Source: Candidatus Berkelbacteria bacterium (GTDB taxonomy: Bacteria > Patescibacteriota > UBA1384 > XYA2-FULL-43-10 > CAINNR01). From it: a stretch of DNA of 64,000 bases. The stretch spans positions 3,717 to 67,716 of the forward strand of contig JBAXAF010000003.1 in the NCBI GenBank assembly GCA_037142675.1, read 5' to 3'. A model generated the notes under the pieces. The model saw nothing but the letters and a program-made list of their open reading frames with translations, was not told the DNA's origin and did not search any database. Both the position numbers and the translations under genes were made by a program. Below, in pieces: positions 1-11,298 of this stretch; position 1 is the first letter of the stretch, and each line of letters starts with the position of its first letter.

Positions 1-253
1 GTGATTGGATTATGTATAAATTGCCCGAATATGAACCTGTCGCTGAAAAAGAATTACCATTTTGGTAAATAGATATTCCCCCGCCGCCAGTATTTGACGG
101 ATCAAGAGTAATTTCTACTCTTCCGTATAATGGGTCAGCCAACCCTTTGAGATTTATTACCCCAAATTTAGCTAGGCCAAAAATAGCACCAGAGAATAAT
201 ACGATGGCGCCAAGAATGATTCCCAATATTAGTTTAGTTCGTTTTCCGACCAT
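1..253 (-). CDS. Partial gene (runs off window), membrane-anchored paralog of the 271..3648 protein
   Basis: ATG at 253 gives MVGKRTKLILGIILGAIVLFSGAIFGLAKFGVINLKGLADPLYGRVEITLDPSNTGGG, nearly the same N-terminus as the 1125-aa ORF. Confidence 0.85.
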   Translation of the reverse strand, partial: MVGKRTKLILGIILGAIVLFSGAIFGLAKFGVINLKGLADPLYGRVEITLDPSNTGGGGISIYQNGNSFSATGSYSGNLYIIQS

Positions 254-270
254 TTTTTTATTTTACTAAA

Positions 271-3200
271 TTATTTAACCCAAATAATACTTGATAAATC
301 TTTTATAACTGATATTGCTTTCAAGTCTCCGTACAGAGCGGCATTTGTTACAGACATAGTTCGACCGTTTTTGTTTTTGATAATTAGTCTGTATCGGCCT
401 TCTTTGATTTTGAAACTAAATTTTCCACTGGCATCAAGATTGTAGCTTTGGCCACCATAAACTGTGATAGTTCCGTTTTTTAATGGAGCTTCGCCAGCCA
501 TAACTGTTCCGGATAATGTGTACTTTTGGCGGGTAAAATTAATGTCAACATTTTTTGTTTGGTTTGGGCTTAAGGTTGCTGTTTTTGGCATTAAGTTTTC
601 GTAAGATTTGTTAATTTTTGGGTTTGAAAGCGTGATTGGTAAAGTTCCAGATTTAGTTCTAGAAATACTATACCAACCGTCGGCGCCGGAAATATCAGAT
701 TTACCGCTAAAATTAATTTGCATGCCAGCAACGGCTCCGTCTTGATCTTTAACGTATCCAGAAATTTTAGTATTTGAAATGCTAAAGCCGAGACTAACTA
801 ACAATTTTTCGACTCTATTATTAATTGCAATCAATGAATTTCTAATTGACACTGTGGTTAATGAACCATACCGCCTGATTAGGTTCTCAGCTTGTTGGAC
901 TTGGATCGACAGAAGAATTCTGGATTTATTAGCTGCTGATAAATCATTATAATTTTCTTGGAGCCAGAGCCCTTTGGATATTTGATCCTTAGTAAGTGGA
1001 ACATTGTCAAGGGGAGATATTTTATTGTAAATGTGGTTTTGGCCTATTTTAAGGCCGAGCGATGACATTAGATTAACAAAAAAAGTAACATTTTCGTCGT
1101 CTGTGCTTGTTGCTCCCGCAACATGGTCATTGCTGTCAGATGAACTACGTCGGACAACTCGCTCGAATCTTTTCATTTTTGGAAATTTTTCTTGGAGAAG
1201 TTGATCTAGCATCATGATTGAATTTTTGCAGTGATTAAGATCCGGCGCATTAAGAGATGAGTCATTAATTAACCGATTTAATTCATCGGTGTTCTGCACC
1301 CACCATTGAAAAAATTCAGCAAAAAATTCACCCGCTTGAGATGCGCCATAGTATGAAAAACAGGTGTATCTTGGTGAAAGGGCTTGAACACAAGCTCCAG
1401 AATCATTCATTAATAAATCATATGCGCTATTAATTTTTGATAAAGCGTCGGAATCAAATTTGGGAGAATTGTAGAAAACATAATGTCCAAATTCATGAAT
1501 TAAAACCGAAACTGAATTATAGCCAATATTTTGCGAAAGAGCGGCTTCGGATAGAAATATGGGCATGTTTGGGAGTCCAAGAGTAAATCCCCTTAGGGGT
1601 GTTTCATAACCCGATGGCCACATAAATATGTATCTTGGCAAATCAACACCAACTAAACTGCTCATCGCTTTTACTATTTTTGCATAGCTGGTCATTTGAG
1701 TAATTTTTGCTGGAGTAAAAAGGGATCCACCATTTGCTTTGTAGGTGCAGAACTTGACTAGTTCGACTAGTCGACAATCGAAAAGTGCTTGGTCAATTTG
1801 CCCCATTGCTTCTTCTGCCGAAAGATCGTCTATAAAGTTTAGCGAAGTTATTGGTATCAGATATACCGTGGCTTCACCGGCGGTAATAAACATTGAATTT
1901 GACAGAGATGTATAATTTTTGGTTTCAATTTTTAATTGTAGGGTAGAGAAGAACATGCCTTGGTCAATTTGATATTTAATTGTGTTTAATAATATTTCTG
2001 GTTCGCCGCTAACACAATTCTCGTTATCTGCGTCGTAACAAAGAAGTATATTTTCTGTTATTTCTTCTTTTGACATATCGATATTTCCACCAGTCATTGC
2101 ATCTTTGAAATGAACAATTTCAATTAGATTTGTTGGTGCTAGCGATATTACTGGAGTTATAACTAATAACCTGTTGTATGTTGAGTTAAAGCTAATTCCT
2201 GAGCCACTAAATTCAGAACTCGCTGTATCTAAGTATGTTAATCTAGCATCTAGGCTTTTAACATGTATTTTGTAGTGGCAATTAGTGTTTAGCGGGATAT
2301 TTTCAATCGCATAATTTCCGATTTGAGATGCGGGTGAATATCCTAATGGCCAATTAATTGTATCACTAGTAAGAGCTGAGTTATTTACACTTTGATCCTC
2401 GTCGCACGACAGGTTTACACGGATGTTACCCGCCGGAGATAAACCACCTAGTGTTTTATAAATTTTCCCGGTAATAGTAAAATATTGTCTTGATCCAACC
2501 ACTGCGTTGCTGAAACTAAGGTATTTTTGTGTATTTGTATCAACCGAATAGTTACTAGTTGGTTTTTGTACAATTGTGATTGCATCGCCATCATTATCTA
2601 ATCCGTCACGATTCGAGTCGTAAAAATATCCGTTTTTAGTATATCGGACCTCTAATCTTGGCCAGACTGTATAATCTTTAAATGCATCAATATCTTTGAC
2701 TTCATAATTAAACTTCTTATCAGCAGGTAGGCCCGGGTAATAAGTTTGGTAGTCAGCTTTTGATGTAGCTGTCCATTTTGTAACACTCCCGCAGTCGACA
2801 CCAGGTGATTGATCTGCGTCATTGCAACTAACAGTAACGGTGACTCCGTCAACCAGTTTACCGTCTTTATCGGTGATAGCACCAAGTAGGGAAAACTTTG
2901 TTTGATCAAATACGGGAGTTGGCGGGGTGTCTCCGCTGCTAACTAGCGACAGATTATAGCTGTGTGGCGAAGTTAGGGCAAAAGCTTCAGCGGTTGTTAT
3001 TCCGGCAAAGATATCAATTAGTTTTTTGCTTGATGACAGGTAGCCTGTTTTAGAGACTGAAACAACTTGGTTCTTTAAGGTGTCAATATTGGCAGTACCT
3101 CCTGAAATTGGTATTGGAATCTGAGCGATAGTGTATTCCCCGGCATAATTGGTGGTAGTGTTTTTGTCAGATATTGATACCAAGGCACCAGACAGGGCGG

Positions 3201-3648
3201 TGCCTGTTGACGAGGTAACTTTGCCAGTTAACACCCAATATTGTTGTGTGTCAGCTCCGCCCCCGCCACCTTCACAAGTAAACCTGGTGTAGATAGTTCT
3301 AGTTGTGGTTGAATTGTGGCTTAAATTCGCTGTTGGCCCCAAACAAGGCTGCCCGTTTGGACCTGGCATGCCGAATTTGTATGTGTAGCTACCGTAAGCG
3401 AGTGAAGTGATTGTATAAACATTTCCGACAAATGATCCGGTTACAGATATTGGCGTTGTACCTTTATATAGCGATATCCCCCCACCAGTATTGCTGGCGT
3501 CAACTGTGATTTCGACTCTTCCGTAAAGTGGATCTGCAAAACCTTTTAGATCAATTATTCCATATTTAGCTAAGCCAAAAAGAGCACCAGAGAAAACAAT
3601 TATGGCGCCAAGAATGATTCCCAAAATTAGTTTAGTTCGTTTCCCCAC
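271..3648 (-). CDS. Large membrane-anchored protein with carboxypeptidase-regulatory-like beta domains and a zinc metallopeptidase domain (lethal factor/PPEP-like)
   Basis: N-terminal TM helix; repeated LTGKVT..GALVSI / ISGYVKD..G modules; HEFGH followed by YY..EFFAE. Confidence 0.7.
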   Translation of the reverse strand: MGKRTKLILGIILGAIIVFSGALFGLAKYGIIDLKGFADPLYGRVEITVDASNTGGGISLYKGTTPISVTGSFVGNVYTITSLAYGSYTYKFGMPGPNGQPCLGPTANLSHNSTTTRTIYTRFTCEGGGGGADTQQYWVLTGKVTSSTGTALSGALVSISDKNTTTNYAGEYTIAQIPIPISGGTANIDTLKNQVVSVSKTGYLSSSKKLIDIFAGITTAEAFALTSPHSYNLSLVSSGDTPPTPVFDQTKFSLLGAITDKDGKLVDGVTVTVSCNDADQSPGVDCGSVTKWTATSKADYQTYYPGLPADKKFNYEVKDIDAFKDYTVWPRLEVRYTKNGYFYDSNRDGLDNDGDAITIVQKPTSNYSVDTNTQKYLSFSNAVVGSRQYFTITGKIYKTLGGLSPAGNIRVNLSCDEDQSVNNSALTSDTINWPLGYSPASQIGNYAIENIPLNTNCHYKIHVKSLDARLTYLDTASSEFSGSGISFNSTYNRLLVITPVISLAPTNLIEIVHFKDAMTGGNIDMSKEEITENILLCYDADNENCVSGEPEILLNTIKYQIDQGMFFSTLQLKIETKNYTSLSNSMFITAGEATVYLIPITSLNFIDDLSAEEAMGQIDQALFDCRLVELVKFCTYKANGGSLFTPAKITQMTSYAKIVKAMSSLVGVDLPRYIFMWPSGYETPLRGFTLGLPNMPIFLSEAALSQNIGYNSVSVLIHEFGHYVFYNSPKFDSDALSKINSAYDLLMNDSGACVQALSPRYTCFSYYGASQAGEFFAEFFQWWVQNTDELNRLINDSSLNAPDLNHCKNSIMMLDQLLQEKFPKMKRFERVVRRSSSDSNDHVAGATSTDDENVTFFVNLMSSLGLKIGQNHIYNKISPLDNVPLTKDQISKGLWLQENYNDLSAANKSRILLSIQVQQAENLIRRYGSLTTVSIRNSLIAINNRVEKLLVSLGFSISNTKISGYVKDQDGAVAGMQINFSGKSDISGADGWYSISRTKSGTLPITLSNPKINKSYENLMPKTATLSPNQTKNVDINFTRQKYTLSGTVMAGEAPLKNGTITVYGGQSYNLDASGKFSFKIKEGRYRLIIKNKNGRTMSVTNAALYGDLKAISVIKDLSSIIWVK

Positions 3649-3690
3649 CTAGCTTTCCCCTGAAAAATATCTACATAAACATCATACCAA

Positions 3691-4986
3691 TCACTTTGAT
3701 AATATTGCAACCAGTTCGGTGTGATGAGTTTGTGGGAACATATCCACAGGTTGGATTTTTTTTGCTGATATTCCAACGATTTGAAAATATTTTAAGTCTC
3801 TGGCGAAAGTTGGCGGATTGCAAGAGACGTAAACTAAGTTCTTAAAGTTGCAAGTTGCAAGTTGCAAGATTAAATCCTTGGCCAGGCCTGCCCTTGGTGG
3901 GTCCAATATAATAATCTTATTGTTCAATTGTTCAATTGATATATTGCTAGAATCAGACTGGATAAATTCGCAGTTGGTTATTTTGTTAATTTTTGCATTG
4001 TCTTTGGCATCGCGAATTGCTTGTGGTACAACTTCAATTCCGGTAACTTTTTTGGCCAACGTAGACAAATAAATTCCAATAGACCCGGTACCACAATACA
4101 AATCAACGACCTCGTCGCCAATTTTAATATCAGCAAATTCTTTAATTTTGTCGTATAGCGTTTTAACGCCGGCGGAGTTAGTTTGAAAAAAACTTTCTGG
4201 GGAAATTTGGAATGTATAAGAACCGATTTTTTCCTGAATTACTGGTGAGCCAAAAATTAATCGTCGGCGCAAATTTAGCAGCGATTTTGCCGGCGCAATG
4301 GCGTGATAAATTGATTTAACACCATCAACGTTTTTTAAAACGTCGACAATTCCATCTTCTCCCGGTAAATCATCCGATGCAGTGATTATTTCAACCATGA
4401 TGTCGCTCGTTCGTTTCCCCTCTCGAATTTTTAATTGCCAAAATGAAGTTTTGTGATCAATATTTTCATTAATGTAGCAGCGTAATTTTTCCAATATTAA
4501 ATTAGACTTTTCTGATTGCAGCAAACATTCATCAACCACCACCAATTCTTTATCATTAGGATATCCGTGGCGGGCCAAAGCGATTTGATTCTTTTTATCT
4601 AGCGTAAATATAAAACGAATTGAATTGCGGTAATAAAGTTCCTTATCGGAACCCGCAATAATCGGCAGAACTTGAGCATCGATTTTTTGTCGTGATAACG
4701 ACTCTTTAACTAAATTTTCTTTGATTGATAATTGATTTTTGTAAGAAATATTTTGATGTTCGCATCCACCGCATTGATAAAAATATTTGCATGGCGGATC
4801 AATCCGCATTTCTGATGGTTTGATGATTTTTTTTACTGTGCCAAACGCAAAGTCCTTTTTCTGATCTGTTAATTCAATTTCAACAATGTCGCCTGGTACA
4901 ACTTTTTTAACAAAAACAACTCGGCCATCATCCAAATGTCCGATACCTGATCCTGCAAAGCCCATTTTTTCAATTTTAACTTGCAT
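3691..4986 (-). CDS. rlmD: 23S rRNA (uracil-5)-methyltransferase, RlmD/RumA family
   Basis: TRAM domain, C..CGGC..Fe-S motif, SFFQTN, DLYCGTG, LDPPRAG, YVSCNP, DMFPQTHHTE. Confidence 0.92.
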   Translation of the reverse strand: MQVKIEKMGFAGSGIGHLDDGRVVFVKKVVPGDIVEIELTDQKKDFAFGTVKKIIKPSEMRIDPPCKYFYQCGGCEHQNISYKNQLSIKENLVKESLSRQKIDAQVLPIIAGSDKELYYRNSIRFIFTLDKKNQIALARHGYPNDKELVVVDECLLQSEKSNLILEKLRCYINENIDHKTSFWQLKIREGKRTSDIMVEIITASDDLPGEDGIVDVLKNVDGVKSIYHAIAPAKSLLNLRRRLIFGSPVIQEKIGSYTFQISPESFFQTNSAGVKTLYDKIKEFADIKIGDEVVDLYCGTGSIGIYLSTLAKKVTGIEVVPQAIRDAKDNAKINKITNCEFIQSDSSNISIEQLNNKIIILDPPRAGLAKDLILQLATCNFKNLVYVSCNPPTFARDLKYFQIVGISAKKIQPVDMFPQTHHTELVAILSK

Positions 4987-5010
4987 AGTTTATATTATAG
5001 CGCGAAATTG

Positions 5011-5526
5011 TTATCCGCAGAGATGATAGAGAATTATCCCAGCAGCGGTTGATACATTCAGCGAATTTGCGATCCCATACATCGGTATATCAACAATTCC
5101 GTCGCATAGCTGCAAAAGATCATCAGAAACACCGTCGACTTCATGACCAACTATAATGGCAACTGGTTTCTGAAAATCAAAGTTTTTATAATTAATTGAG
5201 TCATTTGTTTGTTCCAGTGCGATGACTTGAATTCCTTGCTTCTTTAACTCTTTTATCAGCTCTATTGTATTATCTCGCTTCTCCCAGGGAACAAAGTCCA
5301 CGGTTTTCAGCGCAGTTTTTTCAATTTCTTTACGCGGTGGAGTCGCAGTAATTCCGCAGAGATATAATTTTTCTACTAGGGCGGCGTCAGCGGTGCGAAA
5401 GATAGCACCAACATTATACATTGAACGAATATTGTCTAAAATTAAATAGACCTGATTCCTCAGCCCATTTTTTATTTGAAAAATATTTTTCTCTCCCACT
5501 AGCTCGTTAGTCGTTTTCTTGCGCAT
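5011..5526 (-). CDS. SpoU/TrmH-family RNA methyltransferase
   Basis: LDNIRSMYNVGAIFRTADA, GHEVDG, IPMYGIANSLNVS SPOUT motifs. Confidence 0.9.
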   Translation of the reverse strand: MRKKTTNELVGEKNIFQIKNGLRNQVYLILDNIRSMYNVGAIFRTADAALVEKLYLCGITATPPRKEIEKTALKTVDFVPWEKRDNTIELIKELKKQGIQVIALEQTNDSINYKNFDFQKPVAIIVGHEVDGVSDDLLQLCDGIVDIPMYGIANSLNVSTAAGIILYHLCG

Positions 5527-6802
5527 ATTTTTCTTTAATCATTTCAACTGCGCTGGCAACTGAAAGATCATCTTGAGTGCTGGTCCGTAAATCGCGAACG
5601 ATAACCGATCCGGTTAAAGCCTCCTGCTGGCCGACAATCAGTGCAAAGTCAGCTTTCAACTTAGAGGCAGATTTCATTTGTGACCGGAGTGAATCCTTGG
5701 AAGGAATATAGAAAACATTAATATCTTCTTTCTCAAAACTATCAAAAATTTGTCGGCAAACTTTTTTTGCAGTGTCGCCAATCTCTAAAATCACAACTTC
5801 AACGCCCCTAGGTTGCGGAATTTTGACTCCATTATCACTAAGCAGTTCAACAACGCGGTCAGCGCCCATGCCCCAGCCTACGGCAGGAGTTTTTGGCCCT
5901 CCCAGCACTGAAACTAAATTGTCATATCGGCCGCCGCCACAAAGGGTAGTTTTTCTTTCTTTGTCTGTGCCAGCAGAGACTTCAAAAACCGTTCGAGTAT
6001 AATAGTCTAAACCGCGAACCAAGGTGTTATCTAATTCAAATTTTATTCCAAAATCATCTAAATACTGTAGTGTGTCTTGAAAATGCTCCCGACATTCAGT
6101 GCAGAGTGAGTCAATCATTTGAGGTGCCTTAGTTTTGAACTTTTGACACTCTTCATTTTTGCAATCTAGCATTCGAAGTGGGTTTATGTCATATCGGCGT
6201 TTGCAATCTGGGCAAACCCCCGATAATTTGTCGGCGTAATAGTCTTTTAACTTCGCTAGATATTTTGGTCGACACTCCGGACAACCAATGGAGTTAATAG
6301 CAATGTTTAGTCCAGAGAACCCGAGTTTTTTTAGAATTTCGATTGCTGACATTATTGCCAAGTAGTCAGACTCAGCAGATTGGTCGCCAAAAATTTCAGC
6401 ACCGACTTGACGGTGTTCTCGGTAGCGACCCTTTTGTGGGCGTTCGTGGCGGTACATTGGACCAAAATAATATAATCTAACTGGCTGTGGTTGGGAACTC
6501 ATACCATTTTCAATGTAGGCTCTGGCGGCACCGGCTGTCCCTTCGGGACGAAGTGCAAGTTGTGATTCATCATCACCGGAAACAGATTCGATCAAGTATA
6601 TTTCTTTTTCAACAATATCGGTTCCAGCACCAACTCCGCGTTCAAAAATTCGCTTGTCTTCAAAAAGAGGTGTGTCAATTTTGCTAAAACTGAGGCCATT
6701 CAAAACTTTTTCTGCTGTCGTGCGAAAAAAGCTCCATGCAGGTTGATCTGCTGGCAATATGTCTTTTGTTCCCCTAGGTTTTTGTAATTGTTTGTCTGAC
6801 AT
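5507..6802 (-). CDS. hisS: Histidine--tRNA ligase
   Basis: PRGTKD, LRPEGTA, RHERPQKGRYRE, LVRGLDYYT, GGGRYD. Confidence 0.97.
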   Translation of the reverse strand: MSDKQLQKPRGTKDILPADQPAWSFFRTTAEKVLNGLSFSKIDTPLFEDKRIFERGVGAGTDIVEKEIYLIESVSGDDESQLALRPEGTAGAARAYIENGMSSQPQPVRLYYFGPMYRHERPQKGRYREHRQVGAEIFGDQSAESDYLAIMSAIEILKKLGFSGLNIAINSIGCPECRPKYLAKLKDYYADKLSGVCPDCKRRYDINPLRMLDCKNEECQKFKTKAPQMIDSLCTECREHFQDTLQYLDDFGIKFELDNTLVRGLDYYTRTVFEVSAGTDKERKTTLCGGGRYDNLVSVLGGPKTPAVGWGMGADRVVELLSDNGVKIPQPRGVEVVILEIGDTAKKVCRQIFDSFEKEDINVFYIPSKDSLRSQMKSASKLKADFALIVGQQEALTGSVIVRDLRTSTQDDLSVASAVEMIKEKYAQEND

Positions 6803-6846
6803 AACACTCCAAATTTATCAAAGTACGGAGAAAAATGCAAACAGTG

Positions 6847-8739
6847 CTATCGCCAACTGGCTTCCAAGATTCGCTCTTTATCAAAAGTTTTAGTACCTCG
6901 GCAATTTTTTTTATGAACAGTAATAATTTTCTGCAAAGTAATATAGCCGATTATTTCATCTTTTTCTGTTGGCTTGCAGCAGTTTGCGAGTCGGTGAGTA
7001 AAACCGTCGCCTATTTCGAAATGAACAGATTTTTTACCCGAAGCTCGTTTAATTATTTTCGCTTCAGCAAAATTGACACTTGGGTACATCGTTTTTATAA
7101 CGTCGTTTTTGGAAATGTCCTTTTTGCCGACAGAAACTAGTGCGGTTTCCAAATCATTGAACGGCAATCTAGAATCAGAAATTTTAGCTGACAGGGATTT
7201 AATATTTTTTTCAGTAATTATTGGCATGTCCAATTTAGATAGTTCCTGGTTAACAATATAAAGTCCACGGGCATAATTTTTTGGTCGGTCAAGATTTGTA
7301 AAATATTCATTTATCTTGCTTCTGGCAAAACTTGTTTTAACGAATGATAACCAATCTCGCGACGGCTTGGCCCGGTCGCTTTTTATGATTTCTGCAACAT
7401 CACCAGTTTTTAACCGCGATGAAATAGACATAATTTTGCTGTTAACCTTTGCACCAAAACACGATAATCCAATTTCAGTATGTATAAAGAAAGCGAAATC
7501 GAGCGGAGTGGCATTTTTCGGCAGTTCAATAATTTTTCCTTGCGGTGAAAAAACAAATATTTTGTTGGCAAAAAATTGCTTTTTTGAAGTTAAAACATTC
7601 CCGGCATCAATCTCAGAAATCCAACTACTGGCATCTTTTGCATTGCCCTTGGATAGCATTTTTTCTTTGTAGTGCCAATGTGCAGCAATTCCGAATTCGG
7701 CAATCTGATGCATTATCGGAGTACGAATTTGAATTTCAAAAATGACATTATTTGGCCCGATTACTGTGGTGTGGAGAGATTGATAACCACTTTCTCGCGG
7801 TCTGGCGATATAATCCGTTAGCCGATCTTCAATTGGATGGAATATCTCATGAACCCGGCTTTGAGTTTCGTAACAATCTTTGATGCTTGGAACGATAATT
7901 CTTACGGCAATTAGATCATAAATATTTTCAATTGATTCTTTTTCCGAAAGCTTATTGAATATTGAAAAATCATGTTTTGCCCTCCCGGTAATTTCAGCAT
8001 CCGGGAATTTTTTCGAGAGTATTTTAATAATTTTTTGAATATATTTTTCACGATCGGATTTAGCGATCGTAATACTTTTTATGAAGTCATCATACTTTTC
8101 TGGAAAAGCGTAGGGAAAGCAATTATCCTCCAACTCTGATTTTATGGCCGACATTCCAATCCTCTCAGCCAGAGGCGCAAATATTTCAATAGTTTCTAGG
8201 GCGTAAAATCTTCGACGACTTTCAGGTAACCACTCAAGAGTTTGTGAATTGTGCAGTCTGTCATAAAGCTTAATAATTAAAACTCTTGGATCCCCAGCCA
8301 TGGCGGTCAGGAGTTTTCGATATGAATCTATCTGTGAGGAAAAATTAGTTTTTGAGAATTCGATCCCTAGCGCTTTTTCCTTCATTTCAATGGAGGAAAT
8401 TTTTGTCACACCATCAACCAGAGCAGCTACTTCGGGGCCGAATTTATCGGATAATTCTTGAATTGAAACATTGCAATCCTCTGCAACGTCATGCAACAAT
8501 GTCGCAGCCACCGTCTCTTTGTCTGGCTGGTGCTTAAGAATGTTGGTTGCCATGGCTAGCGGGTGGGTGAAATATAATTCACCGCTAATTCTTTTTTGTT
8601 GACCATGTGATTTTTTTGCAAAATTAAAAACCTGCTCAATAAATTGAGTTTCGTTTTGATCAAAGTCGGATAAAAGCGGCAAGAATTTTTCAGAAAAACT
8701 TCCGACCGATCGGTCGAATTTATTATTATTCGAGTTCAT
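6847..8739 (-). CDS. rel: Bifunctional (p)ppGpp synthetase/hydrolase (Rel), no C-terminal ACT domain
   Basis: HD motif LHDVAED, KLYDRLHN, GYQSLH, EIQIRT, TGS (ATPLDFAF), ANCCKP zinc finger. Confidence 0.93.
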   Translation of the reverse strand: MNSNNNKFDRSVGSFSEKFLPLLSDFDQNETQFIEQVFNFAKKSHGQQKRISGELYFTHPLAMATNILKHQPDKETVAATLLHDVAEDCNVSIQELSDKFGPEVAALVDGVTKISSIEMKEKALGIEFSKTNFSSQIDSYRKLLTAMAGDPRVLIIKLYDRLHNSQTLEWLPESRRRFYALETIEIFAPLAERIGMSAIKSELEDNCFPYAFPEKYDDFIKSITIAKSDREKYIQKIIKILSKKFPDAEITGRAKHDFSIFNKLSEKESIENIYDLIAVRIIVPSIKDCYETQSRVHEIFHPIEDRLTDYIARPRESGYQSLHTTVIGPNNVIFEIQIRTPIMHQIAEFGIAAHWHYKEKMLSKGNAKDASSWISEIDAGNVLTSKKQFFANKIFVFSPQGKIIELPKNATPLDFAFFIHTEIGLSCFGAKVNSKIMSISSRLKTGDVAEIIKSDRAKPSRDWLSFVKTSFARSKINEYFTNLDRPKNYARGLYIVNQELSKLDMPIITEKNIKSLSAKISDSRLPFNDLETALVSVGKKDISKNDVIKTMYPSVNFAEAKIIKRASGKKSVHFEIGDGFTHRLANCCKPTEKDEIIGYITLQKIITVHKKNCRGTKTFDKERILEASWR

Positions 8740-8744
8740 CGGTA

Positions 8745-11258
8745 CTATTTCTTTAAGACGACTTTTTGATTGACTAAGTATGCTTTAATTTTATCACCAG
8801 AAACGAATTTACCACTAATAATTGCCTCGGAAATAGGATCTTCTAGTCTGTCTGTTATCACTCGGCGGATGGGACGTGCTCCAAATTCATCTGAGTATCC
8901 TGTTTCTGAGATTATTTTCTTAATATCGCTGCCAATTGTTAGCAGTATCCCCTGTTTCTTCATTCTCTTGGCAAGTTCCCCTAGATTCAATTCGACAATT
9001 TTTGTGATAGAAGATTTATCAAGTTGATGAAAAACAATAATTGAATCAAGTCGATTGACAAACTCAGGTTTGAGTTCTTTTTTTATGGTTTCCATAACCA
9101 TGTTTTTCATGGCTTCGTGTTGTGACTCGGAACTTGTATTTGAATGAAAGCCAATTTCTTCGGCACGTTTTAGCTCTGAGGTTCCCAAGTTCGAAGTCAT
9201 AATTATTACCGTATTTCTAAAGTTTACTTGGCGGCCCTTGGCGTCTGTTAAGTATCCATCTTCTAGAATTTGTAGCAGAATGTTGAAAACTTCTGGGTGG
9301 GCCTTCTCAATTTCGTCGAATAACACAATTGAATATGGCTTGCGGCGGACTGCCTCTGTTAGTTTACCACCGTCGTCATAACCAATGTAACCAGCCGGTG
9401 CGCCTACCAGCCGCGAAACATTATGTTTTTCCATAAATTCCGACATATCAATTTTAATTAAATTGTCTTCGGAGCCGAAAAGCTGTTTGGCCAAGGTTTT
9501 GGACAGGTGAGTTTTGCCGACACCAGTGGGTCCCAAGAACAAATACGATCCAATCGGGCGATCTGGGTCTGAGATCCCTGCTCGGTTGCGGCGGATGGAC
9601 TTGGAAATAATTGATACAGCTTCGTCTTGGCCAATAACAAACTTTTTCAATCTTTCCTCAAGATTCAAATAACGCTTTCTCTCATCGAGCGACAAATTCT
9701 CGACTTGAATACCAGTCCAGCGAGAAACTATTTTGGCAATATCACTGGCGTCGATAGTTTGTTTTTTTTGACTGGCACTAGTTTTTTCAAGTTCTGATAT
9801 TTTGTCTGACAATAATATTTCTTCTTCGCGAAAATGAGTTGCAGATTCGTAATTTTCAGTCATTACCGCTTCTTCTTTTTTGGATTGGACATCGGCTAAT
9901 TTTGATTGAAGTTTCGCCAGCTTGGTACTTTCGGGGGTGACTATGTTGGTGGCAGCTGCAGCTTCATCAATTAAATCAATCGCCTTGTCTGGTAAAAATC
10001 TATCTGTAATGTAGCGTTCGGAAAGTTCGGTGGCGGCAATTAAAGAGTCTGGAGTAAATTTAACACCGTGGTGCTGTTCGTATTTTTGTTTTAGTCCACG
10101 GAGAATTTTTATTGTGTCATTCACAGATGGTTCTGGAACCTGGACAATTTGGAATCTTCTTTCGTAAGCCGGATCCTTTTCAATATGCTTTTTGTATTCA
10201 TCAAAAGTAGTGGCGCCGATTACTTGAAACTCACTTTTAGTTAAAATTGGTTTGAGCATGTTGGCAGTATCGAGTGATCCTTCTGCTGAACCGGTACCAA
10301 CGGTTGTGTGGATTTCATCGATAAAGAGAATAATTTTGCCAATTTTTTTAATTTCGGCTAGCAATTTTTTCACTCTGCTCTCGAACTGTCCGCGGTACAT
10401 AGTCCCCGCCAGAAGAGATCCTAAATCAAGTGATAAAATAGTTTTTCCTATTAAGGTTTGAGGAACGCTACCGTCTACGATTTTTCTGGCCAAGCCCTCA
10501 ACAATAGCAGTTTTGCCTACGCCAGACTCACCCACAAGTAGCGGATTATTTTTTGTTCTTCTAGACAGTATTTGTGCTACACGTTCAATTTCCGGACCCC
10601 TGCCAATTAGGGGGTCAAGCTGGTTGCCCTTGGCTTGAAGCGTAAGGTTGGTTGTGTATTGCTCGAGGAAAGTTTTTTCAATCTCGGCAGTTTTGGTTTT
10701 TCCCGATGGATCATTCATGTCGCCAGCAAATTCATCTCCCGGCATATCTCCGATGTTTGGTATGTCAAAGCCCATTGATTGATCATTATTCAGCGAGCCA
10801 GAAGCTTTGGATATTTCATTAAAAATCGATGTGATTTGCTCGGCAATTCTTTCGGGCTTGATACCAATTCTCTCAATTATGCTGTAAGAATTTAGTTTTG
10901 AATCTGACAAAAGAGCCAGGAGTAAATGCTCCGCGTCAACAACCATATGGTTATAGCCGGCTGCTATTCTAACGGCGCCTTGCATTACATTTTTTGCATC
11001 AACGGAGATTGCCGGAGTATCTTGTTTTTCACTTTGATTACTGACAAGTTTGGCAATAATTGAAACCTTTTCCGGCAGAATTTCTAGTGAATTTAAAATA
11101 TCAGAAGCCAATGTTCCTTTGGTTAAAACTAGCGCCAAAAGCATATCTTCGGTATCGAGCGGCTTAGCGGAATCTTTAGCTATCCGCTCGGCCAACACCA
11201 AGATTTTGCGTAAGTTATCCGAGAATTTTCCAAAAATATTTGGGTCCATAATAATCAA
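8745..11258 (-). CDS. clpC: ATP-dependent Clp protease ATPase subunit ClpC
   Basis: Clp-N repeats, two AAA modules ([16 protein letters not shown]), UVR coiled coil; start may be ATG 11249. Confidence 0.93.
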   Translation of the reverse strand: MIIMDPNIFGKFSDNLRKILVLAERIAKDSAKPLDTEDMLLALVLTKGTLASDILNSLEILPEKVSIIAKLVSNQSEKQDTPAISVDAKNVMQGAVRIAAGYNHMVVDAEHLLLALLSDSKLNSYSIIERIGIKPERIAEQITSIFNEISKASGSLNNDQSMGFDIPNIGDMPGDEFAGDMNDPSGKTKTAEIEKTFLEQYTTNLTLQAKGNQLDPLIGRGPEIERVAQILSRRTKNNPLLVGESGVGKTAIVEGLARKIVDGSVPQTLIGKTILSLDLGSLLAGTMYRGQFESRVKKLLAEIKKIGKIILFIDEIHTTVGTGSAEGSLDTANMLKPILTKSEFQVIGATTFDEYKKHIEKDPAYERRFQIVQVPEPSVNDTIKILRGLKQKYEQHHGVKFTPDSLIAATELSERYITDRFLPDKAIDLIDEAAAATNIVTPESTKLAKLQSKLADVQSKKEEAVMTENYESATHFREEEILLSDKISELEKTSASQKKQTIDASDIAKIVSRWTGIQVENLSLDERKRYLNLEERLKKFVIGQDEAVSIISKSIRRNRAGISDPDRPIGSYLFLGPTGVGKTHLSKTLAKQLFGSEDNLIKIDMSEFMEKHNVSRLVGAPAGYIGYDDGGKLTEAVRRKPYSIVLFDEIEKAHPEVFNILLQILEDGYLTDAKGRQVNFRNTVIIMTSNLGTSELKRAEEIGFHSNTSSESQHEAMKNMVMETIKKELKPEFVNRLDSIIVFHQLDKSSITKIVELNLGELAKRMKKQGILLTIGSDIKKIISETGYSDEFGARPIRRVITDRLEDPISEAIISGKFVSGDKIKAYLVNQKVVLKK

Positions 11259-11298
11259 CTAATAACTAATAGTGAATAACGAATGGCTATTGAAATGA

